The notes beneath the pieces were generated by a model. That model was not told the origin of the DNA, ran no database searches, and was given only the letters and a program-made list of their open reading frames with translations. Shown here in pieces: positions 47,154 to 56,786 of a stretch of DNA of 64,000 bases. Each line of letters begins with the position of its first letter. Within the stretch, counting starts at the first letter, position 1. The position numbers and the translations under genes were made by a program. The stretch is from a virus: the IMG/VR virus record IMGVR_UViG_3300030616_000016, positions 70,561-134,560 of that record; one strand, written 5' to 3'.

Positions 47154-47439
47154 TTCTATCAGAAGGTCTTTTGCGCAATTCTTGAATATAAATCGCGCGT
47201 CTTTTGGTAAGATTATCTATCCTCTCTTTTAGTTTCACTTCTTTCCTTGAAATATAAAACTTTCTTACTATTGGTGATAGAACAAACCATCTACTCTTTA
47301 GTTTTTCGTACTTTACTTTCAATAGCCATATTTCATCATTTAAATTGTTTATGGCAATAGATAAATCAGCACCTGACATTTTTGGAATAAGGTTAGTTTT
47401 CATGCTCTCTCCATATTTCATAATAATGTAGAGCCGCAT
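47110..47439 (-). CDS. Hypothetical coiled-coil protein
   Basis: ORF of 109 aa. Confidence 0.4.
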   Translation of the reverse strand: MRLYIIMKYGESMKTNLIPKMSGADLSIAINNLNDEIWLLKVKYEKLKSRWFVLSPIVRKFYISRKEVKLKERIDNLTKRRAIYIQELRKRPSDRIDAFLNVIRQQHNQ

Positions 47440-47777
47440 AAATCACAAATCTTCTGCTCTATATTAATATCTTTATTCCCACAAAATGGACATAATGCTA
47501 AATGAATGTTCTGAATGTCTGTTGATGTTAATGCTGCTGTATGCCAATAAGAGTCTATGACTATTGATTTATACTCCATGTGTATTCTAGATATTTTGAT
47601 ACTCTTGTTTGCTATAGTATTTGGAAGCCTGCATTGATACATTGTTGTACCATCTCCTTTATCATATATAGCACCATTAATAAGAGGAGAGTTTTCATCT
47701 TGTACATAAATTACAGACCATTGGTTTTCGTATGCAATAACACATTCTTCATAGGTCATTATGATACTCTCCTTCAA
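47418..47777 (-). CDS. Zn-ribbon-tailed family member
   Basis: MTYEECVIAYENQ..., C-terminus CPFCGNKDINIEQKICDLCGS. Confidence 0.5.
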   Translation of the reverse strand: MKESIIMTYEECVIAYENQWSVIYVQDENSPLINGAIYDKGDGTTMYQCRLPNTIANKSIKISRIHMEYKSIVIDSYWHTAALTSTDIQNIHLALCPFCGNKDINIEQKICDLCGSTLL

Positions 47778-47784
47778 TAATCAA

Positions 47785-48108
47785 TTAGTATTCTATAATG
47801 ACTTCTGGCTGTTTATACTCATTTGTATCTTTGTTAGTTTTAACCGGCGGCAAGACATTAATGATCCTACCATATGTGTCTTTTACTGTGCGGCTCGCTT
47901 CAAATTCTTCTTGTGTTAGTTCATTGGGATTGCCATACTGTTTGACCCATCCATTATATAGCTGCTTAGCATTTCTTTCTCTTTTTTGTATGATGCTTTT
48001 GCTGCTTCTAAATGTACATATAATCATTGATGAAAGTATGCAGATTATCGCTAATAGTACTACTAATTCAATAAAGGCAAACCCTTTATTACACTTTAAT
48101 ATTTTCAT
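47785..48108 (-). CDS. Type IV pilin / pseudopilin-like protein (prepilin N-terminal methylation motif)
   Basis: N-terminus NKGFAFIELVVLLAIICILSSMII matches the class III signal (K-G-F-T-L-I-E + hydrophobic helix). Confidence 0.5.
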   Translation of the reverse strand: MKILKCNKGFAFIELVVLLAIICILSSMIICTFRSSKSIIQKRERNAKQLYNGWVKQYGNPNELTQEEFEASRTVKDTYGRIINVLPPVKTNKDTNEYKQPEVIIEY

Positions 48109-48119
48109 GATATCTCCTG

Positions 48120-48488
48120 TTAGTCAATGTACCCATTTTTCTTAAAGCTAACTAATACTATCTTATTTTTCTCGCGATCATGTTGAAGCTTGATGTATAC
48201 TTTGGTATTACCTATTACTGTTTTGTATACATCCATATATTTTCTTACGTATAGATTTGCTTTTGTTGCATAAGCAAAATCTGGCTCTTTTAAGTTGAGC
48301 AGAGTTTCTACAACTTGGCTTTTTGAAAAGCTAAAGTCTTTTTGCGCATGATATCTCGCATCTCTTAATATCATATATCTATCATTCTTAATGAGAGTTT
48401 TTGCGCCTTCTAACTCAATAGAAGGCATGGCTCTCCTTTTTATGACAGGGAGATCTATGTCATTATTATTTGCTAAAGATACTTTCAC
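48120..48488 (-). CDS. Hypothetical protein
   Basis: ORF of 122 aa. Confidence 0.45.
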   Translation of the reverse strand: MKVSLANNNDIDLPVIKRRAMPSIELEGAKTLIKNDRYMILRDARYHAQKDFSFSKSQVVETLLNLKEPDFAYATKANLYVRKYMDVYKTVIGNTKVYIKLQHDREKNKIVLVSFKKNGYID

Positions 48489-48516
48489 TGGTCATTACTC
48501 CTCTGACAAAAAATGT

Positions 48517-48912
48517 TCATGGTAGTTCTGAATCGCAGCCGCAATTATTGCAAGCCTTATGCTTAATGTCTATATCTTGATTACCGCAATATTTGCATCT
48601 TATTACTTCAAGATCCTCAATTGATACATTTAGGTATAGAATTGTTTCTCCATCTGATACTGCAAATCCGCCTACATTCTCTGAATTTATCACATTAAGT
48701 TCATCTTTTACTATATCGACTCCTACAATATTTAGTGTCTTACCACGAAATATATCCACATAACAAGGCCCACAAATTGATGATTGTGAGACACAACCAT
48801 TTTCATCTATGTCAGCATGTCTTGCAGTTAAATTATATTCTTCATGTTCACCTATATTTAAGAATACAGGTGTTTTGTTAATATATGCCCGAACTGCCTC
48901 TTTGAACGTCAT
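48517..48912 (-). CDS. Zn-ribbon-tailed family member
   Basis: MTFKEAVRAYINK..., C-terminus CKYCGNQDIDIKHKACNNCGCDSELP. Confidence 0.55.
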   Translation of the reverse strand: MTFKEAVRAYINKTPVFLNIGEHEEYNLTARHADIDENGCVSQSSICGPCYVDIFRGKTLNIVGVDIVKDELNVINSENVGGFAVSDGETILYLNVSIEDLEVIRCKYCGNQDIDIKHKACNNCGCDSELP

Positions 48913-49036
48913 GATTTATCCTCACGGTCTTTAAAGATTATCAATAGTATTTTTAGCGAAATAACATACAGTATGAGAATACCTAGAAATAGCTTTAACC
49001 ATAGAAATAGCATCGAATATTCTTCTCGATAGTATA

Positions 49037-49381
49037 TTATTTCGCTTCACGGACATCAATCCCAAGTTTGTCTTTAATCCACTTTGCAACAAGATGTCTG
49101 TGACAAAACTTCGTTGATCCTTCCCAGCATAATAGTATGGGTTCGCCGTCTACTAGCTCATGAATTTCATCATAAACTTCAGCGGCATTTAATTTACTTA
49201 GAATCTTGTCGTATTCTCGTACATAGGCTATTTTATCCAAGTTTCTTCTATAGGACTGTAATAATTCTTGTGATGGAGCTAATGTACGATATGTTGAGCC
49301 TATATAGAATTTTGGAGGAAATAGCGCTATAGACACTGCATCTGGATGAGTACCATAATTTCTGAAGTATGAAGTTTTCAA
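49037..49381 (-). CDS. DUF488-family protein
   Basis: ILLCWEGSTKFCHRHLVAKWI matches the DUF488 LLC-x-E...CHR-x-L block. Confidence 0.5.
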   Translation of the reverse strand: MKTSYFRNYGTHPDAVSIALFPPKFYIGSTYRTLAPSQELLQSYRRNLDKIAYVREYDKILSKLNAAEVYDEIHELVDGEPILLCWEGSTKFCHRHLVAKWIKDKLGIDVREAK

Positions 49382-49614
49382 TTATCTTCTCCTTTGCTTT
49401 TATTATAATAGTATCTGTAAGCTTCTGTGGCTAATGCGCTCATCATAATTAGTGTGGAAGAACGATTGATATCATTTATTCTTATGAACTCATCAGTGAG
49501 CATACGTAATTTGCAATCGCCAATTTCTCCCTTATCTCTTAGAGTTTCATAATTAGATAGCAGTTCTTTTCTATCTTCGTCTGTCATTTCACCAATATAT
49601 TCTTCCATACTCAT
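49378..49614 (-). CDS. Small hypothetical protein
   Basis: ORF of 78 aa. Confidence 0.35.
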   Translation of the reverse strand: MSMEEYIGEMTDEDRKELLSNYETLRDKGEIGDCKLRMLTDEFIRINDINRSSTLIMMSALATEAYRYYYNKSKGEDN

Positions 49615-49617
49615 TAT

Positions 49618-50052
49618 TTAATCTCCATTGAGAGTTTCTATTGCACGCTCTTTAATGATTTCTTTTACTTTGTCTTCTATCTCATCCATTTTATCTTCAT
49701 CAAGATTATTTGATTCTGGTTTACGAGGACAGCTTGATTCCCAGTCACATTCGAAATCTACTGCAGATTTATCTGGTTCAATTGTGTATGTAGCACGACC
49801 ATGATAATCTTGATATCTCCAATCAGTACTTACTGTCTGTACTGATTTATAATTGGAGAGTTTTACTGTATTATGCTCTCTTGCTTCTTGTATATCATCC
49901 TGGATTTGTTCTTGTGTAACAATCTTATAGATTTGAGTAATATACTTTTTATTACAAGAAGTTTTCATAGCTGCATCATGTATGGTTTCTGCTTCTATGA
50001 TCTCGCTTTGTCCATTACAGCATAATACCTCAAAATGTGCTTTATTACTCAT
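49618..50052 (-). CDS. Hypothetical protein
   Basis: ORF of 144 aa. Confidence 0.45.
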   Translation of the reverse strand: MSNKAHFEVLCCNGQSEIIEAETIHDAAMKTSCNKKYITQIYKIVTQEQIQDDIQEAREHNTVKLSNYKSVQTVSTDWRYQDYHGRATYTIEPDKSAVDFECDWESSCPRKPESNNLDEDKMDEIEDKVKEIIKERAIETLNGD

Positions 50053-50294
50053 TGCTTGTCCTCCTTCTCCATGAATTCAAGTGTATTGTAATCAATAGCT
50101 TTGAAGCCCTTCTCTTCGAATGTTTCCATATATTTAAGCTGGCGCTCAAGATCTTTCAACAAAGCTTGAGCATTTGCTCTAGGAGAGCCTTCTGCAGGTA
50201 TGTTCTTCTTAACAAGATCAATTTTATCTCTGAGCTTCTGCTTAAATACATTCCTGTGTTTCATTGTCTCAGGGATATTTACTTTATGTGGCAT
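50049..50294 (-). CDS. Small hypothetical protein
   Basis: ORF of 81 aa. Confidence 0.35.
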   Translation of the reverse strand: MPHKVNIPETMKHRNVFKQKLRDKIDLVKKNIPAEGSPRANAQALLKDLERQLKYMETFEEKGFKAIDYNTLEFMEKEDKQ

Positions 50295-50295
50295 A

Positions 50296-51069
50296 TTACT
50301 CCCTTTCTAGACAGAATGTCTCCATCATGTGATTTTGAACTCCTCTGTATTGCCATTGAAAAGTACAATTGACTCCCTTAATCTTAGGAAACTCTCCAAC
50401 ATTTCTATCTTGTATTTTGCTATTTCTTGAGTCACTCTGAATAGTTATGAAAATTAACTTACAATCGCTTTTGTTCACGAGATGTTTGACTGAAGATATT
50501 CTTTGATGCGTTAGTGGACCATTATAATCTAAGTGTGCTACATCAATGTCTATACGACTACATTTCTTGAGAAATGAATCGACATTCTGGTTTATCAGTT
50601 TTACATCCTTACTTAGCTTGCTCTTTATCGAGTTTTCGCAGATTGTATATATACTGTTTTTCGCCTCAAAGGCTAGAATGTTGTATGTATCTACTCCAAC
50701 CATGTTATTAATTATTACTAATTCAGTTCCTAGGTATGGTAGACATAGAAATTTGATGCTTCTTAGTCCTTTTGAGTGAATAATATTGCCTATGCTAGTA
50801 ATGCTATACCGCTTACCTATTGTGGCATATTTATCATTATTAGCGTCAATATTATTCTTTTTCTTAATGATTGGAAGGTTGGTTCTAACTTTTGTTTTGA
50901 TGTTATGCAAATGTGTCTCAACAGTTCTTGGCTTTATATCAAGCTTAGCTGATATTTGAGGAATAGAAAGACCACGCATGAATAGATCAACATGTTCTTT
51001 TTCTCTCTTTGTAAACAAATGCTTTTTATTAGAGACATCTGACGGCAAATGAACTTTTGTCCTATTCAT
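50296..51069 (-). CDS. LuxR/GerE-family HTH transcriptional regulator with C-terminal unknown domain
   Basis: LFMRGLSIPQISAKLDIKPRTVETHLHNIKTKV matches the LuxR-type HTH. Confidence 0.55.
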   Translation of the reverse strand: MNRTKVHLPSDVSNKKHLFTKREKEHVDLFMRGLSIPQISAKLDIKPRTVETHLHNIKTKVRTNLPIIKKKNNIDANNDKYATIGKRYSITSIGNIIHSKGLRSIKFLCLPYLGTELVIINNMVGVDTYNILAFEAKNSIYTICENSIKSKLSKDVKLINQNVDSFLKKCSRIDIDVAHLDYNGPLTHQRISSVKHLVNKSDCKLIFITIQSDSRNSKIQDRNVGEFPKIKGVNCTFQWQYRGVQNHMMETFCLERE

Positions 51070-51310
51070 CTGGATTCCTTTCTGCTGAAGTATCTCTATC
51101 TGGTCCTCTTACTATTGATCTTAAACTCCATGATTTAGACTGTGGACAGGTTACGAAATGGCTTGTAAAGCATTCTGTTAAATGCCACTTCCCATTTTTA
51201 TCTTTTGTCCAAGCTTTTATTGGATCGACATCTAATGGCATACGTTTGCCATTGGCTGTTGTGATCCATTTAATATTTGCTTCACATGTTCTGCATTTCT
51301 CATATCCCAT
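51062..51310 (-). CDS. Small Cys-containing protein
   Basis: ORF of 82 aa (CRTCE...). Confidence 0.35.
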   Translation of the reverse strand: MGYEKCRTCEANIKWITTANGKRMPLDVDPIKAWTKDKNGKWHLTECFTSHFVTCPQSKSWSLRSIVRGPDRDTSAERNPDE

Positions 51311-51330
51311 ATCTTTCTCCTATCTTTGTT

Positions 51331-51621
51331 CTAAAGTCCAAACAGTTTTCTGTCTGATCCTAGGTGATCAACTATTTCACGAGCTAATCTTCTAGTAACG
51401 AGAATACGTATCATATCATCATCTGCATATGGCTCCTTTCTTTCAAAGTTCAATTGAAGATGTTCTTCTTGTGTGCGCAGTGCAATGACTATTTCAGCAA
51501 ACCACGATTCCATTTTACTGACTTCCATTTTTGCTTTATGTAGCTCGGAACTCATCTCCCAACATTTTTTATTTAGCTTCTTTTCGAGCTCTGTTTTTGG
51601 TTTTTGATTATGACAGTTCAT
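51331..51621 (-). CDS. Hypothetical protein
   Basis: ORF of 96 aa. Confidence 0.4.
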   Translation of the reverse strand: MNCHNQKPKTELEKKLNKKCWEMSSELHKAKMEVSKMESWFAEIVIALRTQEEHLQLNFERKEPYADDDMIRILVTRRLAREIVDHLGSDRKLFGL

Positions 51622-51693
51622 TTTTTTCCTTCCTGTTGGACAGAAATATATGGGGTCGGGCTCTATTCCCTTATGCTAAAATTATATGTTAGT

Positions 51694-51972
51694 TTACCAC
51701 CCTTCCAAAAAACCTAAATTTTCCCAATGGATGTTTTCTTCCTTGTCTTTTTTCCATCCTCGTACTACAGTAACTTTCCTAAACCACTTTGTTTTAAAGT
51801 TTATTGTTACCGGTAGTATGGCAAACCAAGTTTTTATTTCTATCTCTGTTTCATCTCTTTCAGGATCTAAAAATCTCGCCAGTTCCCATCTTTTATCAAT
51901 CATACATTCCATTATTGCGACTACTTGTTCCAACCATCGAGTTTCATTATTAGTTTTGCTCGTCGCTGGCAA
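51694..51972 (-). CDS. Hypothetical protein, paralog of 56787-57083
   Basis: Shared ETRWLE(Q/R)V and (S/T)WFA(I/L)LPVT blocks. Confidence 0.45.
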   Translation of the reverse strand: MPATSKTNNETRWLEQVVAIMECMIDKRWELARFLDPERDETEIEIKTWFAILPVTINFKTKWFRKVTVVRGWKKDKEENIHWENLGFLEGW

Positions 51973-52128
51973 TAATGCAAACCAAGACTTAATTTCTACA
52001 TCACCACAAACAGGGGGGGTTTACGTTTACGCTTTATTCTCATTTCTCTTATATCCTTAACAAAAAAGTCAGTGGACCGGTTACTACTCAGACTACATCT
52101 TTACCTATTAATTCTATTGCTATGAACT

Positions 52129-52560
52129 TCATGTCTTGTCCTCTCGCCTAACTAAAAATGGCCCGCTTTGGTTATCCTTCACAAGCCTTTGTATTGTACC
52201 CTCGTCCAACTCAAAGCATTCCAAATTAGCCGATGTATGAGCAGACGGGACATGCGGAGCATAATCAGGATGTGATGACAAGCCCGCAGATGTTCTTAAA
52301 ATTCCCTTATCAAAAGGAAGCTCAAATACAGTAAAGTAACCATTATCGTTAGTAGCTTGTATTGCTTTTGATTGAGCTTGCTTCGAATTAAATCCGGTTG
52401 TTCTAACTTCATAATTAAAAATACAAAGCACATCACCAGATTTCAAGTCAGAAGCGTTATGTACTACAACCAAATTAAACTTATCTTGGATTTCTTTGCT
52501 AAAGTTAAAGCATCCTCCAGCTTCTACTATTTCATCAGACATTTTTGACTCCTTATCCAT
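52129..52560 (-). CDS. Hypothetical protein
   Basis: ORF of 143 aa. Confidence 0.45.
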   Translation of the reverse strand: MDKESKMSDEIVEAGGCFNFSKEIQDKFNLVVVHNASDLKSGDVLCIFNYEVRTTGFNSKQAQSKAIQATNDNGYFTVFELPFDKGILRTSAGLSSHPDYAPHVPSAHTSANLECFELDEGTIQRLVKDNQSGPFLVRREDKT

Positions 52561-52761
52561 TAAGGTCTTTGTGCCGGTGGTGCTATATCGGGCTTTGGTG
52601 TTTTAGGAGGCTCGTTTACACCACCTTTTTGATATGCCCTTCTTTAATTGGATGTACTTGTCCCAGCACCTCCTAGCCCCGCCCTGAGAATATAAACCTT
52701 GACTGGGCAAAACAAACCTGCTTCCCCTCAGGAAATCGAAAATCCCAGTCAAGGAGGTTAA

Positions 52762-54402
52762 TTACTTATCGAGATGCCATGAATCGAATTGCGCGGCTCT
52801 TCCTTCATGCCCACCAAAATGATTAACTTTTGCGACTCTACCAATATAATCATTTGGATTGTTCATAATTTGGATTACCTCTTCGCGGCTTCCCATACTT
52901 GAAGCTCCAATCTTAAATGGCTTGCCTGATTCTAGGCTTTCGAAATTGACAACGCCGGCTATTCCGCCTTTGTCACCTGGTTTAAGATTGACACTTGTTA
53001 CTTCCCAATCTGCCTCATCGTCCTTAAACTTGAACTTTCTTCCGTCATTAATAGAGGCGTTGGCAGGAACACCAACAAACCCTTCAATATCTCTATGTCT
53101 ATCGATATTGTTTATGTCTGCCTTTTCGGGTAATTTGATTAATCCGCCGCTTTTTGATACAAGAGACTTAAGTATGCTGTGATTATCAGACTGGCTGACT
53201 TCTCCAATAGACTTATTGTCTATTTTATCTGCCCGATATGCTCTTATCTCAGGTTTGATTGTTGGATCAAGGTTAGATCCATTGAGAATACCACCAATCT
53301 CATGCGCTTTGAGATATTTGCCATCTCTCTTAAAAGTAAGCTCGCCCATTGATAGCATCTTCTTGGAAGTCTTTATTTTCTCAATACCAGGAACTTTTGC
53401 GGTATATTCAATACGCTGACCAGTCTTCTTGCTAATTCTTGGAGACCAAAGCCTTGTGCCTTTGGGTCCGCTTTCAATATAAGCACTAGCACCGTCGTAT
53501 TTTATTCTTACATCACCATCTTTACCAACAATTCTTTTGAACTTATCAATATCCTGGTCATATGTTAGATGGAGCCTGTCTTTAACAGCCGGCGCGTTTG
53601 GTTTCTTAACTCCAAGACTAATAATAGGCACACTTCTATTATCATTCTTATCCATGATTTTATATAGATAGAGTTTTCTATTATTGATAATATGAGGCGC
53701 GCTTATCTCTAGTGAGTTCTCACTACCATGCATATATATTGTCTTAGATGAAACTACCTGTCTGGATTCGCCTGCTCCATAGCCTGTAGGCCCATTCTCT
53801 TCTCCTATCCAGGATGTTTCTGCATCCTTAGGAGAATGATCAAGATTTTGTGCCAGCCAGGCATTACCTTCAAATTCAGACCTGACAAGCTGCATGATTC
53901 TATCTTTAGTTGCTTCAGTAATAGAACCATCAGTATTTTTGCTTATCTTAAAATCTTGTGGAAGACGCTTCACAATACTAATGTTACCAATGTGTATATC
54001 TACATGGTTACCTGCCTTATTTGCTTCATGTAATATAATGACCATTTTGGTAAATTGCGCCTTAGCCTTAGTAAATTCATTTGTTCTTCCTGCAGATAGA
54101 TTGTTAGCAGAAGTAGGACGGCTTGTGTTTACAATTGATGTTAGCATTCTTGCACAAGACTTTGCACATGGTTTTCTTACTGCTTTATTGAACAACATAT
54201 TACCAATATGCTCAGGAAGCCTGTCTTTCTTGTATGCATCATACAACTTGTAAGCACTTCTGAATCTTCTGGCTCTACTAATTACTTTTGCAAGTCTTCT
54301 GCTCTTGAAAATGAGCGGACCTACAATTAGCTCTTCTGCTACTTCTCTATATAGAAATTCAGCGTCATGAGTTTTCTTCTCAACTCTCGCTAGAATGTTC
54401 AT
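52762..54402 (-). CDS. ATP-dependent DNA ligase-like nucleotidyltransferase with ~270-aa N-terminal extension
   Basis: Motif I IKYDGAS (KxDG), motif III MGELTF, motif IV IEGFVGV, motif V RKFKFKDD, followed by an OB-like C-terminus. Confidence 0.6.
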   Translation of the reverse strand: MNILARVEKKTHDAEFLYREVAEELIVGPLIFKSRRLAKVISRARRFRSAYKLYDAYKKDRLPEHIGNMLFNKAVRKPCAKSCARMLTSIVNTSRPTSANNLSAGRTNEFTKAKAQFTKMVIILHEANKAGNHVDIHIGNISIVKRLPQDFKISKNTDGSITEATKDRIMQLVRSEFEGNAWLAQNLDHSPKDAETSWIGEENGPTGYGAGESRQVVSSKTIYMHGSENSLEISAPHIINNRKLYLYKIMDKNDNRSVPIISLGVKKPNAPAVKDRLHLTYDQDIDKFKRIVGKDGDVRIKYDGASAYIESGPKGTRLWSPRISKKTGQRIEYTAKVPGIEKIKTSKKMLSMGELTFKRDGKYLKAHEIGGILNGSNLDPTIKPEIRAYRADKIDNKSIGEVSQSDNHSILKSLVSKSGGLIKLPEKADINNIDRHRDIEGFVGVPANASINDGRKFKFKDDEADWEVTSVNLKPGDKGGIAGVVNFESLESGKPFKIGASSMGSREEVIQIMNNPNDYIGRVAKVNHFGGHEGRAAQFDSWHLDK

Positions 54403-54414
54403 GGTCTTTCTCCG

Positions 54415-54747
54415 TTAGTGTTGTGAGCCACAGCTTGAACACACGCGTGTATCTACTGAAACATCTCCCCCACAAAATTTGCATATAAAGTTCTTTGTAT
54501 CTTTTATGTTTTTGACACTGCACGACTCACATACGTTACTATATTTCGCTATTGTTTCTATATCTATGTTCTGTGGAACAAGGAATGCGACTATTTGTTC
54601 GTATTTCCCAGCAGTGTAGTAATCTTGACAGGTTATGCAAACGCATTCCTCGATGAACTGATATACATCATACTTATATGTATCAGGGTCTACCCATTTT
54701 TTGATTTTAATTAAGTCTCCTTGTATGAACTTTAGGTATGTCCTCAT
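54415..54747 (-). CDS. Zn-ribbon-tailed family member
   Basis: C-terminus CKFCGGDVSVDTRVCSSCGSQH. Confidence 0.5.
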   Translation of the reverse strand: MRTYLKFIQGDLIKIKKWVDPDTYKYDVYQFIEECVCITCQDYYTAGKYEQIVAFLVPQNIDIETIAKYSNVCESCSVKNIKDTKNFICKFCGGDVSVDTRVCSSCGSQH

Positions 54748-54756
54748 CTGAATCTC

Positions 54757-55101
54757 CTAAATACTTGTCTCACATCCGCAGTTCTTACAAACACCTTTTT
54801 GTATTTCATCGCTGCCACAGAATTCACAAATTGCTAATTTCGCATATCTAATCGATTCGGATATTAAAAAATATTTTGAACCATTTGATACTATAAAGCA
54901 ATCGGTAGGAAATAGTGCATCAACAGACTGTATGGTACAAATTTTATCTCTTATTAAGTCTTCCACAAGTACATCAAATAGTTCTGTGCTTCTAATTCCT
55001 TTTGCATCAGTAAGTGTTGTTTTCATAGGATATGAACGAGGTATATCGAATACGATTTTTAGCTTATGTTTTATGGCATGCATTGCTTCTTCTATGGTCA
55101 T
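54757..55101 (-). CDS. Zn-ribbon-tailed family member
   Basis: Start set to MTIEEAMHAIKHK. C-terminus CEFCGSDEIQKGVCKNCGCETSI. Confidence 0.5.
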   Translation of the reverse strand: MTIEEAMHAIKHKLKIVFDIPRSYPMKTTLTDAKGIRSTELFDVLVEDLIRDKICTIQSVDALFPTDCFIVSNGSKYFLISESIRYAKLAICEFCGSDEIQKGVCKNCGCETSI

Positions 55102-55124
55102 AATATTATCCTTTGGAAATGATA

Positions 55125-55331
55125 TTAGGCAGCAAGCTTCCATACTCCAGCTGAGGCGCCTGCTAATGCCCATGTAGAAGAAATGCCCATATATGTCAAT
55201 ATACTTGCTCCTCCAAGAGTGGAGAGGCATAGCAATGAGAATCCTTTCCAGTGATTAGCTATTCCTAAAAAGAAATTTTTTGCTGATGACACGAATGAGT
55301 TTGTAGTTCTTGTAATAAAGTCTTTCATCAA
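55125..55331 (-). CDS. Small membrane protein (glycine-zipper-like)
   Basis: GGASILTYMGISSTWALAGASAG hydrophobic, Gly-rich. Confidence 0.35.
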   Translation of the reverse strand: MMKDFITRTTNSFVSSAKNFFLGIANHWKGFSLLCLSTLGGASILTYMGISSTWALAGASAGVWKLAA

Positions 55332-55355
55332 TATACCTCTGATAAAATGTTAGTT

Positions 55356-55637
55356 TTAGTAATTTGCTATCTGACATAGTGTCACTGCAATAAGAGTTGT
55401 TACGACTATGGCGAAGCTTATTGACGCAAGTGAGCCGCATCCCATTAGATTTGTAAAGAAATATATGGCCGCGCCGCATCCTCCTCCAATAGCTCCATTC
55501 ATAAACTTCTGCATTTTTGTTAGTTTTCTTTTGTTATCGTACATGTTGGTTCTCCTAAGTATTAGTTTCACATCCACAATTGCAGCATACTTCATCTTGA
55601 ATCTCCTTACTGCCACAAAATTGACATTGTATTTCAT
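55356..55637 (-). CDS. Small membrane protein (glycine-zipper-like)
   Basis: GAIGGGCGAAIYFFTNLMGCGSLASISFAIVV. Confidence 0.35.
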   Translation of the reverse strand: MKYNVNFVAVRRFKMKYAAIVDVKLILRRTNMYDNKRKLTKMQKFMNGAIGGGCGAAIYFFTNLMGCGSLASISFAIVVTTLIAVTLCQIANY

Positions 55638-55866
55638 AAGGAATTATATATCCTTCATCTACCCAGCGTCTGAGAGTAGTTGCTGTAATTGCGCTCCAGT
55701 TACTGCCACACCCTATTTCATTTAGATTACAATCTAGTCCAATCAGATAAAATGCAGCATCGCAAACGGAATGACGTTCTACTCTGAATATTTGTCCTGA
55801 ATTGCGCTCAATTTTATCTGTCCATTGCCATAGCTCACCAACTTGTGGCATTCTTGTTTCACTCAT
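55555..55866 (-). CDS. Zn-ribbon-tailed family member
   Basis: C-terminus CQFCGSKEIQDEVCCNCGCETNT. Confidence 0.5.
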   Translation of the reverse strand: MSETRMPQVGELWQWTDKIERNSGQIFRVERHSVCDAAFYLIGLDCNLNEIGCGSNWSAITATTLRRWVDEGYIIPYEIQCQFCGSKEIQDEVCCNCGCETNT

Positions 55867-56099
55867 TTCTCCTCCTTAGATGACAGTGCGCAATATATGC
55901 CATATCTGCTATTACTCCTGCAAATAGTGAATTTGAGAAGTCGGCGCCAAGTGCCTTCATAAGAGAAAACATGATAAGTCCAATAACTGTTGCTATAAGA
56001 ATTTCCTTACTAGCATTATATGTTTCTTTAGAGCTCATTATTATATCTCCTATTATTTGCTATGCATTTCTTGTCAAAAGTTGCCAAAAACGTGTGCGT

Positions 56100-56312
56100 G
56101 CTTCTTGTTCCCATGCTATACGCCGGTCTTTTACGTCAGGGCCATCGCATTACACGTCTCAGATTTGTTCTGAGTGCGGCAAAAATGTCAAGAAATCGTT
56201 GTCCGCAAGAACCCACATATGCTCCTGCGGATTCGTTGCGAATCGAGATCACAACGCAGCGTTGAATATTTTGCGACTCGGGATGGAGTCGCTTGCAGCT
56301 TCGACTGCATAG
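56100..56312 (+). pseudogene. TnpB C-terminal fragment (a third, different family), GC-rich
   Basis: HYTSQICSECGKNVKKSLSARTHICSCGFVANRDHNAALNILRLG (TSQ-x-CS-x-CG ... C-x-CG ... D-x-NAA-x-NIL). Followed by hairpin GCTCGGCAATTCATTGCCGAGAGC. Confidence 0.6.
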
Positions 56313-56324
56313 ATGCTCGGCAAT

Positions 56325-56756
56325 TCATTGCCGAGAGCATTCACTTTTGCGTTCTTCTATAGGCATTTCTGAATTGCAGCCGCAATTTAAACATACATCC
56401 TTAATCTCATTATGCCCGCAGAATTTGCATATGGCAATAGACAGCTCACGTGGCTCGATAATTATATAGATATCTGATGTCCATTCTAAGATAACAAAGT
56501 CTATCTTCTCTCCATCATAACCCGTTTCTTTATAGACTCTTGCTATCTTCAATGGTTCGTGGTCTGCGCACTCAAGTGAGATACATAATAGCACGCCTTC
56601 TTCATCTACAATATAGCGTTCTTTATTATGTATTACATTTTGAGCCTTAAGCGCGGCAGGATTAAATGCATACCATGCATAATTATCATTAGGATCAACT
56701 ATAACCATAACCTTTAGTCCATTCTTGTAGCACTGCCTTACTTCTTTCAGTTTCAT
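56325..56756 (-). CDS. Zn-ribbon-tailed family member
   Basis: MKLKEVRQCYKNG..., C-terminus CKFCGHNEIKDVCLNCGCNSEMP. Confidence 0.5.
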   Translation of the reverse strand: MKLKEVRQCYKNGLKVMVIVDPNDNYAWYAFNPAALKAQNVIHNKERYIVDEEGVLLCISLECADHEPLKIARVYKETGYDGEKIDFVILEWTSDIYIIIEPRELSIAICKFCGHNEIKDVCLNCGCNSEMPIEERKSECSRQ

Positions 56757-56786
56757 TATTTTTTCTCCAATATGGATTCACTTGTT

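Noticed and set aside
52129-52560. SH2-like domain suggested by GPFLVRRE
   Set aside because: It is a single short motif resemblance, and no supporting flanking SH2 elements were recognised.
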